Source: Candidatus Cloacimonadota bacterium (GTDB lineage Bacteria > Cloacimonadota > Cloacimonadia > Cloacimonadales > TCS61). Taken from it: DNA of 30,642 nt. Below, piece by piece: positions 18,156 to 26,985 of this stretch (its first letter is position 1; each line of letters starts with the position of its first letter). The notes below the pieces were generated by a model. That model was not told the DNA's origin, did no database searches, and saw only the letters and a list, made by a program, of their open reading frames with translations. Made by a program: the position numbers and the translations under genes. Location of the stretch: positions 1 through 30,642 of the forward strand of contig DAOUUD010000001.1 in the NCBI GenBank assembly GCA_030668345.1. The letters are read 5' to 3'.

Positions 18156-18895
18156 GGATTTTAATTCCCAGGATAACGGATATTATCGATATTCTTATAG
18201 TTGCATATTTATTATACAGGTTGATCCTGCTGTTAAAAAAAGCAGGTGGATTTCAAATTCTTATCGGAATAGCTGCTGCTCTGATAATCTATTTTACAGC
18301 ATCGATATTGAATTTGAATATGGTCTCCTCGATTTTGAAAGTATTCAAAGATTATTGGGTGATCGTATTTATTATTCTTTTTCAGCAGGAAATTCGTAAT
18401 TTGTTTGCCCGACTGGCTCAAAGTCACAATTTGAAATCCCTGTTCCGTGATGCTAAAAAATCTGTGTTTTCTCCTCTCTTAAATGCTGTTTCAATAATGT
18501 CTTTCAGAAAGATCGGTGCGTTGATAGTGATCGAGAACAGCAGGAAATTAAATGATTTTATAGAATCCGGTGAAATAATCGATGCCCAGGTTTCGGTAAA
18601 ACTACTGCTTACGATTTTTAATAACAAAACCATATTGCATGATGGAGCAGTAGTTATCCGTAATAACAGGATATTAGCTGTAAAAGTGGTATTACCTCTT
18701 TCTGAGAATGTGGAATATGCACAAAAGCTGGGTACTCGTCATCTGGCAGCAGTGGGTATTACCGAAGGCACAGATGCATTTGTCATAGTCGTTTCCGAGG
18801 AAACGGGTAGAATTTCTGTGGCTAGAAGCGGAGAATTGTTCCCGGGTCTTTCCATAGATGAACTTTCCCAGAGAATCAAGGATGAAACAACATAA
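18152..18895 (+). CDS. dacA: Membrane diadenylate cyclase (CdaA/DacA)
   Basis: Three N-terminal TM helices, IILFQQEIR, LHDGAVVI, GTRHLAA, VVSEETGRIS. Confidence 0.93.
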   Translation: MRILIPRITDIIDILIVAYLLYRLILLLKKAGGFQILIGIAAALIIYFTASILNLNMVSSILKVFKDYWVIVFIILFQQEIRNLFARLAQSHNLKSLFRDAKKSVFSPLLNAVSIMSFRKIGALIVIENSRKLNDFIESGEIIDAQVSVKLLLTIFNNKTILHDGAVVIRNNRILAVKVVLPLSENVEYAQKLGTRHLAAVGITEGTDAFVIVVSEETGRISVARSGELFPGLSIDELSQRIKDETT

Positions 18896-19514
18896 GCGTC
18901 CTTTCCTGATAGCAATAACCGGAAGTTTCGCATCCGGGAAAACATTAGTTTCCAAGTGGTTTGAAGAAAAAGGATTTACTGTTCATTACACTGATAAACT
19001 GGGTCATGCAATTCTACAGGTCGAAAAAGTGATCTATATTTTGGCAGAAAAATTTGGTAATGAAATCCTGGAAAATGGTGCAATAAGCCGCATAAAACTG
19101 GGGGAGATCGTATTTGATTCCACTGAGAATCTGAAATTCCTGAACAGCATTCTTCATCCGCAAATACGTAGTAAAACTCAGGTAATAATTGATTCGAGCA
19201 GAGAAGACTATCTTGTTTTTGAAATCCCTCTGCTCTTTGAAAACAAACTGCAGAATGCATTTGACCTGACGATAAATATATCGGCATCCAAAGAAAATCA
19301 GATCTCTCGCAGCCGGAAAAGAGATAAAATGAAGATTACTCAAATTGAACAGCGGATTAAATCGCAAATGTCCGATTATGACAAACAGAAACTGGCCGAT
19401 ATCAATATTGAAAATAACGGATCGATAAATGAATTATATTCCAGGCTGGAAAATCTCTTGCCACTGATAAAAAGGATGGGTAAAAAAGATATCAGGAAAA
19501 TTATTGAATTATAA
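18882..19514 (+). CDS. coaE: Dephospho-CoA kinase
   Basis: IAITGSFASGKT P-loop, LGEIVF, LNSILHP, EIPLLFE, SQMS, ADINIENNG. Start moved to ATG at 18882. Confidence 0.93.
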   Translation: MKQHKRPFLIAITGSFASGKTLVSKWFEEKGFTVHYTDKLGHAILQVEKVIYILAEKFGNEILENGAISRIKLGEIVFDSTENLKFLNSILHPQIRSKTQVIIDSSREDYLVFEIPLLFENKLQNAFDLTINISASKENQISRSRKRDKMKITQIEQRIKSQMSDYDKQKLADINIENNGSINELYSRLENLLPLIKRMGKKDIRKIIEL

Positions 19515-19525
19515 TAAAATTAAAT

Positions 19526-19553
19526 TTGACATATATTATCAAGTATATGAAAT
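19526..19553 (+). promoter_or_regulatory. Putative promoter of the 143-aa gene
   Basis: TTGACA at 19526-19531, 16-nt spacer, weak TGAAAT; AGGAGG SD before 19582. Confidence 0.4.
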
Positions 19554-19581
19554 TAGCTATGAGAATAATCAGGAGGAATAA

Positions 19582-20013
19582 ATGAGGAAAATTTTTCTGC
19601 TTACTCTAATATTAATGATATCTGTAATGATAAATGCAGAGATCATCCAGAATGCTTTTACACCAGGACTGCTTACACCTTCCTTTCTTAATACCAATAA
19701 TATTACAATAAATCATTCTGTTTCTTTTATGAGCGGAATTTCATCGAATAAACAGAGCTATTACCAATCGGTTTATACAAATCATTTGAATTACCAGTTC
19801 AGTCCGAAATTAAATTTGAACCTGGATCTGAACTTTGTGAATTTTGGAACTGCAACTTATAAAAGCGGAATTGAATTTGAAGGTAACAATGACAACACCA
19901 ACAAAATACTTCCTAATTTTCAGTTGAATTATTCACCTACGGAAAATACCAGTTTCATAATAGAATTCAAGCAATACACTGCTCCGGGAATTTACGACAG
20001 GTTTTGGAGATAA
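19582..20013 (+). CDS. Secreted hypothetical protein, beta-strand rich
   Basis: Signal peptide MRKIFLLTLILMISVMINA, strong AGGAGG SD, followed by a terminator. Confidence 0.8.
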   Translation: MRKIFLLTLILMISVMINAEIIQNAFTPGLLTPSFLNTNNITINHSVSFMSGISSNKQSYYQSVYTNHLNYQFSPKLNLNLDLNFVNFGTATYKSGIEFEGNNDNTNKILPNFQLNYSPTENTSFIIEFKQYTAPGIYDRFWR

Positions 20014-20032
20014 AGGAATTTATTATAGGAAT

Positions 20033-20066
20033 AAAAAAACCTCTCTGATAATCGGGAGGTTTTTTT
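20033..20066. terminator. Bidirectional intrinsic terminator between convergent genes
   Basis: AAAAAAA-CCTCTC...GGGAGG-TTTTTTT with A and T tracts on either side. Confidence 0.8.
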
Positions 20067-20079
20067 AATACTCTCAGGT

Positions 20080-23000
20080 TTAGTATACTAAATTTTCTCT
20101 ATCAGGTTTTTCTTCTTTCTGGAATTCAAACCCCTTTTCGTTAAATAAGATCATACAGGCGTCCACAACATCCGGGTCATAAAGAATATCGCGATTCTTC
20201 TTTATTTCTTCCAAAGCTACATCAATACCAAGAGAGGGACGATACGGACGATGAGATGACATAGCTTCTATAACATCTGCCACACTGATTATGCGGGCAT
20301 TCAAACTGATCTCATCTCCTTTCAAACCTTGCGGATATGCAGAACCATCCAGCCGTTCCTGATGCTGAAGCACTACTTCTGCCACAGGCCATGGGAATTC
20401 AATGGATTTGAGAATATCAAATCCGGTTTGAGGATGCATTTTTATCAGGTTGAATTCTGCGGGAGTTAGTTTACCGGGTTTACTTAATATCTCTGCCGGG
20501 ACATTGATCTTACCAATATCATGAACCAGAGCAGCCAAATTCAACCCATCTATTTGATCCTTGGGAAGCCCCATCTCACGAGCAAGAGCACCAGCAAGCG
20601 TAGCGACACGTCTCTGGTGACCAGCAGTGTAGGGATCTCGCATTTCGACTGCTGAAACGAGCCCATTTATAGTTTCTTCCAAAAGTCTTTGCAGTTTTTT
20701 ATAACTATCCTTTAATTCTTCTTCCGATTTTTTTAGATTTGAAATATCTATTTTTACACCGGCATGATATGTTTTTTCATTCTCTGGAACGATCTCGACC
20801 ATTCTATCTTCGATCCACATATATGAACCATCAGATTTCTTCACTCTGAACCAGAGAGTTAGAAGATCTGTCTTTCCTGATTTTTCCCACTCTTTATATT
20901 TTTGTTGTATATACTCTTGATCTTCGGGATGGATCAGGGTAGTGAATTTGTTTTTATCTTCTATAAAATCTTCTGCAGGAAATCCCAATAGATTGATGAT
21001 ATTTTCGGACATGAATTCCTGCTTACCACCGGTTTCGTATAGAATAATATTGGGCACATATTTAAACAGTGTTGCCAGACGAAGCTGAGTTCTCAGAAGT
21101 TTTTCTTCAGCTTGTTTTCGTTGTGTTATATCCTCTGTGATTATGACTACTTTATCGACCCTGCTGTCTCTATCCTGGATGGCATAAAAATAATGGGATA
21201 TCCATTTTATTTTATTTTTGCTACTAATTTCTAGTTCCGGAATGTAGTATTCACCGCCTTTTTTGTAAACTTTTTTTACATCTGGAAGATGTTCAGTAAG
21301 ATATTGGTCTCGTTTATCAAAATTTAAAGATGTTTTTTTCTGATGTTCAGACTCGATTTGCTTTTTAGTTTTATTCCAGAATTTTTTCCACGCTTTATTA
21401 GCTATAAGAAGTTTGCCGTTCTTATCTCTTACCGAAATTCCAAGAGGAGAATTATCGATAACTGTTCTGTTTAATTGTTCACTGGCTCGTAATGCTTCCT
21501 CAGCACGTTTTCTATGGACGGCAATTGCCACCTGGTCGGAAACAAATTCCAGAACTTTCAAGTCTTTTTTCTCGAAAGCTTTTTCATTTTCGTAACTTTG
21601 AACAGCCATTGCACCCATAACTTCGTTGTTGATCTTCAGAGGTACTCCTAACCATAGTTTGCTTTTCCATTTGTAATTGGCAATTCCCCCATCCTTCATA
21701 AGATCATCACGTTTCTTTTTATCCAGAAAGAGTGATTTTCCCGTGCGAATTACATAAGCAGTTAAACCTTGTCCAAGTTCCTGCTGAGGTGGAGTTTTTT
21801 TATTAAATTGATCAACATAATAAGGTGAGGTTATTAAATTCGAGCTTTTATCATATAGTGCAATGTAGAAATTTTTTGTTCGAATGATCTTAGCAAGTTC
21901 ATGGTGAATGGTTTTAAAGAATTCCTGCAGGTCTTTGGTTGAATTAACAGCATTTCCAATATTATAAAGTACATTATGGGTTAGTTCAGAGAGTTTTCTT
22001 TCTGAGATATCGGTTATCATTCCGTCCTGGTATATCCATTCTCCTTTTTCATTAGGGATGGTTTTAATACTCAGAGAGCACCAGAAGATTTCTCCGTTCT
22101 TTTTTAAAAGTTGAACCTCAAAATCATAAATCTCACTTTTAGAGCGAAGTTCCTCCATAAGCATTATGCGATCTTTTGAGCGGAAATAGAGTTGTGGTGT
22201 TGGAATGGTTATAAAATCTTCCTCAGATTCATATCCGAACATTTCAAACAAAGCTGGATTTGCCGCTAATAGTTTTCCTTCCGGGGTAGCTCGGAAGATA
22301 CCCACAGGAACATTAGTTTGTAGGTCTTTGTATCTTTTTTCGCTTTCACGATGGGCTTTTTCTGCCAGGTTCCGCTCTTCGATTTCGTGTTGTAATTTCT
22401 GATAGGTCTGTGCGTTTTTTATAGCTGTAGCGGCATAATTGGCAAATGTATCTGCCAGAGCCAGGTCATCTCTTGTAAAATAGGGTCCTATCCTGTTCAG
22501 GCAAATCGCTCCTAAAACTTTTCCTTCAGCTACAAAAGGCGCTGCGATTATCCTTTCATTTTCTTCCTCGGTAGTACCGGGGATTTGATAACCATTTGTA
22601 TTTTGTACAGCATCGTTAAACATTAAGCTTTCTTTTGCTTTTACAGCCTTTCCTGTAAAACTGATTTCAATATCGAGAGGAGTAGACATGATCTCTTTTT
22701 CATAAACCGGATCTATTACAATTTGTGGGATTAATGTTTTACTATCTTCTGCCAGCAAGTATATGGTACAGCCATAAGAGTTAAGTAAATCCATTACTTC
22801 TGTTGCAATCCGCCGCAGAACTTCGATTACATCCAAACTGGAATTTATATATCGAGCTGTTTTTAAAAGTAACTCCTGTTGTAATGTTTTACGTTGAAGA
22901 GCATCTTCCACATGAATTTTATCATTAATCTGTTTTTGCAGAAATTCGTTGGTCTTTATAAGTTCGTTTGTGCGTTGGTTTATCTTTTCTTTAACTTCGT

Positions 23001-24531
23001 CGTGTGCTTTTTGCAGCTTTTCCAGAGTTTTTTTTTTAAAGGATAAATCTCTTAATGTAGCCTGGATTACATCCTTATTATTTAAGCTGAAAGCAGTTAA
23101 CCATATTTCAGCCGTAAACAAATCTCCGTTCTTCTTTTTCAGAACCCACTCAAATTTATTATAACCATCTTTGTAGGCTTTTTCGAGATGTCGGTTTGCA
23201 GCCAATTGGGAACTTTCTCCATTCGGTTGTTTTAAGGGTGAAACATCTGAAATCGATTGGTTAAGTAATTCTTTTTTATCCGACACATTAAAAAGTTTTA
23301 GAGTGGCGTTATTATATTCAAAAATGCCTTTATGATCTAACATCATTATGGCGTCGATAGATGATTCAAACAGCCTCTTGTAGCGTTCTTCACTATTATG
23401 AATTGCAACTTCGGATTCCTTTCTGTCTGTAATATTTCGAAGTGAACCGATTATCTTTATTGTTCCGGTTTTATCATTTCTTACCAATTTTGCATTAACA
23501 GAACAGAGCATAGTACTGCCATCTTTGTCTTTAAGTTTTAAATAATAATCTGTAACCAAGCCTTCTTTGGTGATCTTGGAAAGAAATGCATCTTTTTCAT
23601 TGCAGTCGAAGTAAATGTCATTGATGGATTTTCCAATGAGTTCTTCACGAATATAACTGCTCATCGCTTCAACTGAAGGGCTTATTTCATACAAAATTCC
23701 ATCGAAATCGATCTCACAATAAACATCCTGGATGTTTTCAAATATCCTTTGATAATTATCTTTAGCTTCTTTCAGTTGTTGTTGTTTCTGTTTTTCCTCG
23801 GTAATATCATTGAATATTCCAAATGCACCCTTATAAAGACCTTGAGTAAATTTCGGGCTGGCATTAACACTTATTATTCTTTTAACACCGTTTTTCCGGG
23901 TTATTTCAACTTCATACCTGGAAGATTTATTATTTTTTCTCTGGTCTGTTTGTGAAAGTATCTTTTTAAATTCCTCATCAGTAACAAAATCATTTAGGTT
24001 TTGTCCCACAAGTTCACTGACCGGGCAACCGAATATCTCTGCAGAAGCGTTATTGCTGAAGGTGATATTTTCATCTTCATCTACAACACAGATGCTTTCT
24101 TTAGTTGTTTCCACCAGTGTCCGGAATTTATTTTCGCTTTCTTTAAGCATTTTGTCCATTTTATGCTTATATAATGCCATTTCAATAGTAGCCATCAATT
24201 CACGTTCTCTGAATGGCTTTAATAAATAACCGAATGGTTCTGTTAGCTTAGCCTGTTTAATAAAATCACTATCAGAATAAGCAGTAATGTAAACAATAGG
24301 AATGTTAAGATTGGATATTTCCTTTGCAACCTCGATACCATTCAATTGAGTCCGCAGCATAATATCCATGAGTATTAAATCTGGTTGGTTTTTTTTTACA
24401 TATTGGATAGTCTCTTCACCTGTTGAAATGATCTTAGGTACCAGGTAACCGTAATCCTTCAGTATTTTCTGGATATCTTCTGCTACTATTATTTCATCTT
24501 CAACTACAAGTATGCATTCTTTTGCTGCCAT
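20080..24531 (-). CDS. REC-(PAS)x6-(GAF)x2-HD-GYP signalling protein, putative cyclic-dinucleotide phosphodiesterase
   Basis: REC: LVVEDE, DLILMD, ITAY, KPF. Repeated PAS/PAC ends (DITE, NITD, DLS, DISE, DITQ, DISN). Two GAF blocks (APFVAEGKVLGAI; VPLKINNEVMGAMAVQSY). HD-GYP: EMRDPYTAGH, HDIGK, HQERLDGSAYP, DVIEAMSSHRPYR. The PAS count is by eye. Confidence 0.9.
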   Translation of the reverse strand: MAAKECILVVEDEIIVAEDIQKILKDYGYLVPKIISTGEETIQYVKKNQPDLILMDIMLRTQLNGIEVAKEISNLNIPIVYITAYSDSDFIKQAKLTEPFGYLLKPFRERELMATIEMALYKHKMDKMLKESENKFRTLVETTKESICVVDEDENITFSNNASAEIFGCPVSELVGQNLNDFVTDEEFKKILSQTDQRKNNKSSRYEVEITRKNGVKRIISVNASPKFTQGLYKGAFGIFNDITEEKQKQQQLKEAKDNYQRIFENIQDVYCEIDFDGILYEISPSVEAMSSYIREELIGKSINDIYFDCNEKDAFLSKITKEGLVTDYYLKLKDKDGSTMLCSVNAKLVRNDKTGTIKIIGSLRNITDRKESEVAIHNSEERYKRLFESSIDAIMMLDHKGIFEYNNATLKLFNVSDKKELLNQSISDVSPLKQPNGESSQLAANRHLEKAYKDGYNKFEWVLKKKNGDLFTAEIWLTAFSLNNKDVIQATLRDLSFKKKTLEKLQKAHDEVKEKINQRTNELIKTNEFLQKQINDKIHVEDALQRKTLQQELLLKTARYINSSLDVIEVLRRIATEVMDLLNSYGCTIYLLAEDSKTLIPQIVIDPVYEKEIMSTPLDIEISFTGKAVKAKESLMFNDAVQNTNGYQIPGTTEEENERIIAAPFVAEGKVLGAICLNRIGPYFTRDDLALADTFANYAATAIKNAQTYQKLQHEIEERNLAEKAHRESEKRYKDLQTNVPVGIFRATPEGKLLAANPALFEMFGYESEEDFITIPTPQLYFRSKDRIMLMEELRSKSEIYDFEVQLLKKNGEIFWCSLSIKTIPNEKGEWIYQDGMITDISERKLSELTHNVLYNIGNAVNSTKDLQEFFKTIHHELAKIIRTKNFYIALYDKSSNLITSPYYVDQFNKKTPPQQELGQGLTAYVIRTGKSLFLDKKKRDDLMKDGGIANYKWKSKLWLGVPLKINNEVMGAMAVQSYENEKAFEKKDLKVLEFVSDQVAIAVHRKRAEEALRASEQLNRTVIDNSPLGISVRDKNGKLLIANKAWKKFWNKTKKQIESEHQKKTSLNFDKRDQYLTEHLPDVKKVYKKGGEYYIPELEISSKNKIKWISHYFYAIQDRDSRVDKVVIITEDITQRKQAEEKLLRTQLRLATLFKYVPNIILYETGGKQEFMSENIINLLGFPAEDFIEDKNKFTTLIHPEDQEYIQQKYKEWEKSGKTDLLTLWFRVKKSDGSYMWIEDRMVEIVPENEKTYHAGVKIDISNLKKSEEELKDSYKKLQRLLEETINGLVSAVEMRDPYTAGHQRRVATLAGALAREMGLPKDQIDGLNLAALVHDIGKINVPAEILSKPGKLTPAEFNLIKMHPQTGFDILKSIEFPWPVAEVVLQHQERLDGSAYPQGLKGDEISLNARIISVADVIEAMSSHRPYRPSLGIDVALEEIKKNRDILYDPDVVDACMILFNEKGFEFQKEEKPDRENLVY

Positions 24532-24628
24532 TCAATATCCTATTAAATATTTTCTATTGGAAAAAGATAAATTTGTGTAATGTTTTTCTGTCAAGCTGAA
24601 TAAAATACAATTACTTTAATAAAATCTA

Positions 24629-25879
24629 TTAGATATGATTCCAGTAAGAGAAATCTTCGTTTACTATCAGAAGTTTACAACCAAGCCTATCTTTAAGTTG
24701 GGTTTTACTAATATTATCCAAGGTTATTCCATTTTCGTTGAAAATATTACTACTTAACACAGCGGTTCTGTTTTGTAAGGTATTAACCTGAGACAGGATA
24801 TCTGCTCCTGCCAGAAGACCTGTTACTGTTACCGAAGTACCAAAAAAAATATTAGCAATTGAAATAGTACTGATTTTTCCGGGTAATATTTCATTAATTT
24901 CTTCTGCTATTTTAGAAATATGCTTGAAAGCAAGCTTACCGGTAACAAAAACAAAACTTGAATTTATCGCTGCTATTTCTTTGATAAATGCTTCTTTGCA
25001 GGATTTCCAGTTCTCCAGCATCAGCCGTATCATGCCAATACCATTTTCCAGTTGAGGATAGCCATTATAGAAATTTTTGGATGGAATTTCTTCATTTGCC
25101 AGCAGGTAAATTTCATCGGAACAGTAAGTCTTAGGAAATTTAGCTGATAATTCTATAAGCTCTTTTGCCAGTTCCAGGGAAACATTCTTAATATTGATGA
25201 GGGAATTCCTGTATTTTGTAAGCCCTACCGGTACAATACCTACAGAGAGAACATTCAAGCAGGGTGAAGTAAGGTCTTTTAAAGATCGAAGCAATTCATC
25301 ACCATCATTCCAGCCGGGCACTACAACTATCTGTATATGAAGAGCTATTCCGTTTTTAGATAGATATTCCAGCTTTTCCATAATTTTGAAATCTTGTTTG
25401 TAACGCAGCATTTTCCGGTGAAGTAAAGGATTGGTGATATGAACAGAAATGTACAAGGGACTCAATCGCTGCTCAAATATCTTTTGATAATCTCTTTCCG
25501 TAAGGTTTGTTAATGTTATAAAATTTCCAAAGGCAAAAGAAAGTTTATAGTCGTCATCTTTAATATATAATGTTTTCCTGAAATTGGGACGCATCTGATC
25601 TACAAAACAGAAGATACAATCATTTGTACAGGTTCTGCATTTGTGGGGAACAGGCTCAATTCCCAGAGGTATATCCCAGTTCTGATGAATTGTTATCTGT
25701 TTGAATTCTCCTCGTGAATTTTTATAATTGATCTCTAAGGTTTCTTCAGCACCAAAAAACCGAAGATCAAGAAAATCGTTAATGTTATGATCATTGATGG
25801 AAATTATTGTATCCCCTGCTTGTAAACTGTGTTCAGCTGCCAGACCGGCAGTAGCCACAGATGCAATTTTTAGGGGCAT
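24629..25879 (-). CDS. PDZ plus radical SAM protein (DUF512 / TIGR03279-like)
   Basis: N-terminal PDZ-like LQAGDTIISIN, CTNDCIFCFVDQ (CxxxCxxC), DDDYKLSF, YISVH, QLENGIG, VTVTGLL. Confidence 0.85.
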   Translation of the reverse strand: MPLKIASVATAGLAAEHSLQAGDTIISINDHNINDFLDLRFFGAEETLEINYKNSRGEFKQITIHQNWDIPLGIEPVPHKCRTCTNDCIFCFVDQMRPNFRKTLYIKDDDYKLSFAFGNFITLTNLTERDYQKIFEQRLSPLYISVHITNPLLHRKMLRYKQDFKIMEKLEYLSKNGIALHIQIVVVPGWNDGDELLRSLKDLTSPCLNVLSVGIVPVGLTKYRNSLINIKNVSLELAKELIELSAKFPKTYCSDEIYLLANEEIPSKNFYNGYPQLENGIGMIRLMLENWKSCKEAFIKEIAAINSSFVFVTGKLAFKHISKIAEEINEILPGKISTISIANIFFGTSVTVTGLLAGADILSQVNTLQNRTAVLSSNIFNENGITLDNISKTQLKDRLGCKLLIVNEDFSYWNHI

Positions 25880-25880
25880 A

Positions 25881-26918
25881 TTATTCGCTGCTGATAAAAG
25901 CAGAGACGATCTTTAAAGCAGGTATTTCCTTGACTATAAGATTCATGGCAGAGGATATTGGGACAGCCAGTATCATTCCTACAGGACCCCATACCCAGAA
26001 CCAGAAGATCAAAGCGATCAAAACAAAAAGAGGAGATAGCTTCAATCCTGTTCCCATCATTTTGGGTTCTACGAAATTTCCCATTATCATCTGAGTGGAA
26101 ATGAGAGCTATGGAAATGGCAATGAGCTGCCAGCTGATTCCAAACTGAATAAAACAAATGAGCATGGGAAAAGCAGAAGCTACTATCGAGCCGAGATTGG
26201 GAATATAATTAAGAATAAATATCAAGAGTCCTGAAATAACTGCAAAGTTAATTCCCAGGACGGCAATAAAGAACATGCTGATAAGCCCGGTGATAAGGCT
26301 TATGAAGGTTTTATTTACGATATAGGTTTTTACCGATTGTTCGATCTTTATTACCACATTAGTTGAGTGTTTTGCTTCATCTATCGTTAGAACCCTTTCA
26401 ACACGTTTGATCAACTTGGTTCGTTCCAGAACGATGAATATCATAAAAGCGACAGTAAGAAGCAGCTTTACAAGGAAATCAATAAAAGTACCCATTGTGC
26501 CCGAGATTATCTTTGAAAGTGAAAATCTATCGGCAAGTTGAAGCCAGTTAACTTTGTTTTTTAGATAATCCATTACCTTTTCTACAGGGATTTCCAACTG
26601 AACTATAAGCTCTTGGAACATTTCGGTTATTTGTGCTTCGTATTTTGGGAATTCGGTTACAAATGAAGAAACACTCGTATAAACGATAGTTCCCATCAAT
26701 GTGAACGAAACCAGTATTATTATTACTATCAAAAGAATAGTAATTCCCACAGGTATTTTTTTATTAAGCAGGAAACGGTTCAATGGTTGGAACAGGAAAG
26801 AAAGGAATGCGGCAAACGTTAATGGGACGAATATGGTTTTCAATTCTTTAAGAATAACAACAACAATTGCCAGACTGATAACACCCAGAAATATTTTTAT
26901 AGAATTTAGTTCTTTCAT
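25881..26918 (-). CDS. AI-2E family (PerM/TqsA-like) transporter
   Basis: Multi-TM profile, LNYIPNLGS, GNFVEPKMMG, LSPLFVLIALIFWFWVWGPVGMILAVP. Confidence 0.92.
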   Translation of the reverse strand: MKELNSIKIFLGVISLAIVVVILKELKTIFVPLTFAAFLSFLFQPLNRFLLNKKIPVGITILLIVIIILVSFTLMGTIVYTSVSSFVTEFPKYEAQITEMFQELIVQLEIPVEKVMDYLKNKVNWLQLADRFSLSKIISGTMGTFIDFLVKLLLTVAFMIFIVLERTKLIKRVERVLTIDEAKHSTNVVIKIEQSVKTYIVNKTFISLITGLISMFFIAVLGINFAVISGLLIFILNYIPNLGSIVASAFPMLICFIQFGISWQLIAISIALISTQMIMGNFVEPKMMGTGLKLSPLFVLIALIFWFWVWGPVGMILAVPISSAMNLIVKEIPALKIVSAFISSE

Positions 26919-26985
26919 TTTTTCTCCTTATTATTGTGGAGAATTAGGAAAACTGGAATTTTTATGTCAATAAAATATTCTTTAT

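Noticed and set aside
23028-23037. T10 run (A10 on the coding strand) in the HD-GYP gene, and T9 at 24389-24397, as phase-variation sites
   Set aside because: The frame is intact, the runs encode Lys tracts, and 7-9 nt A/T runs are common throughout this AT-rich window.
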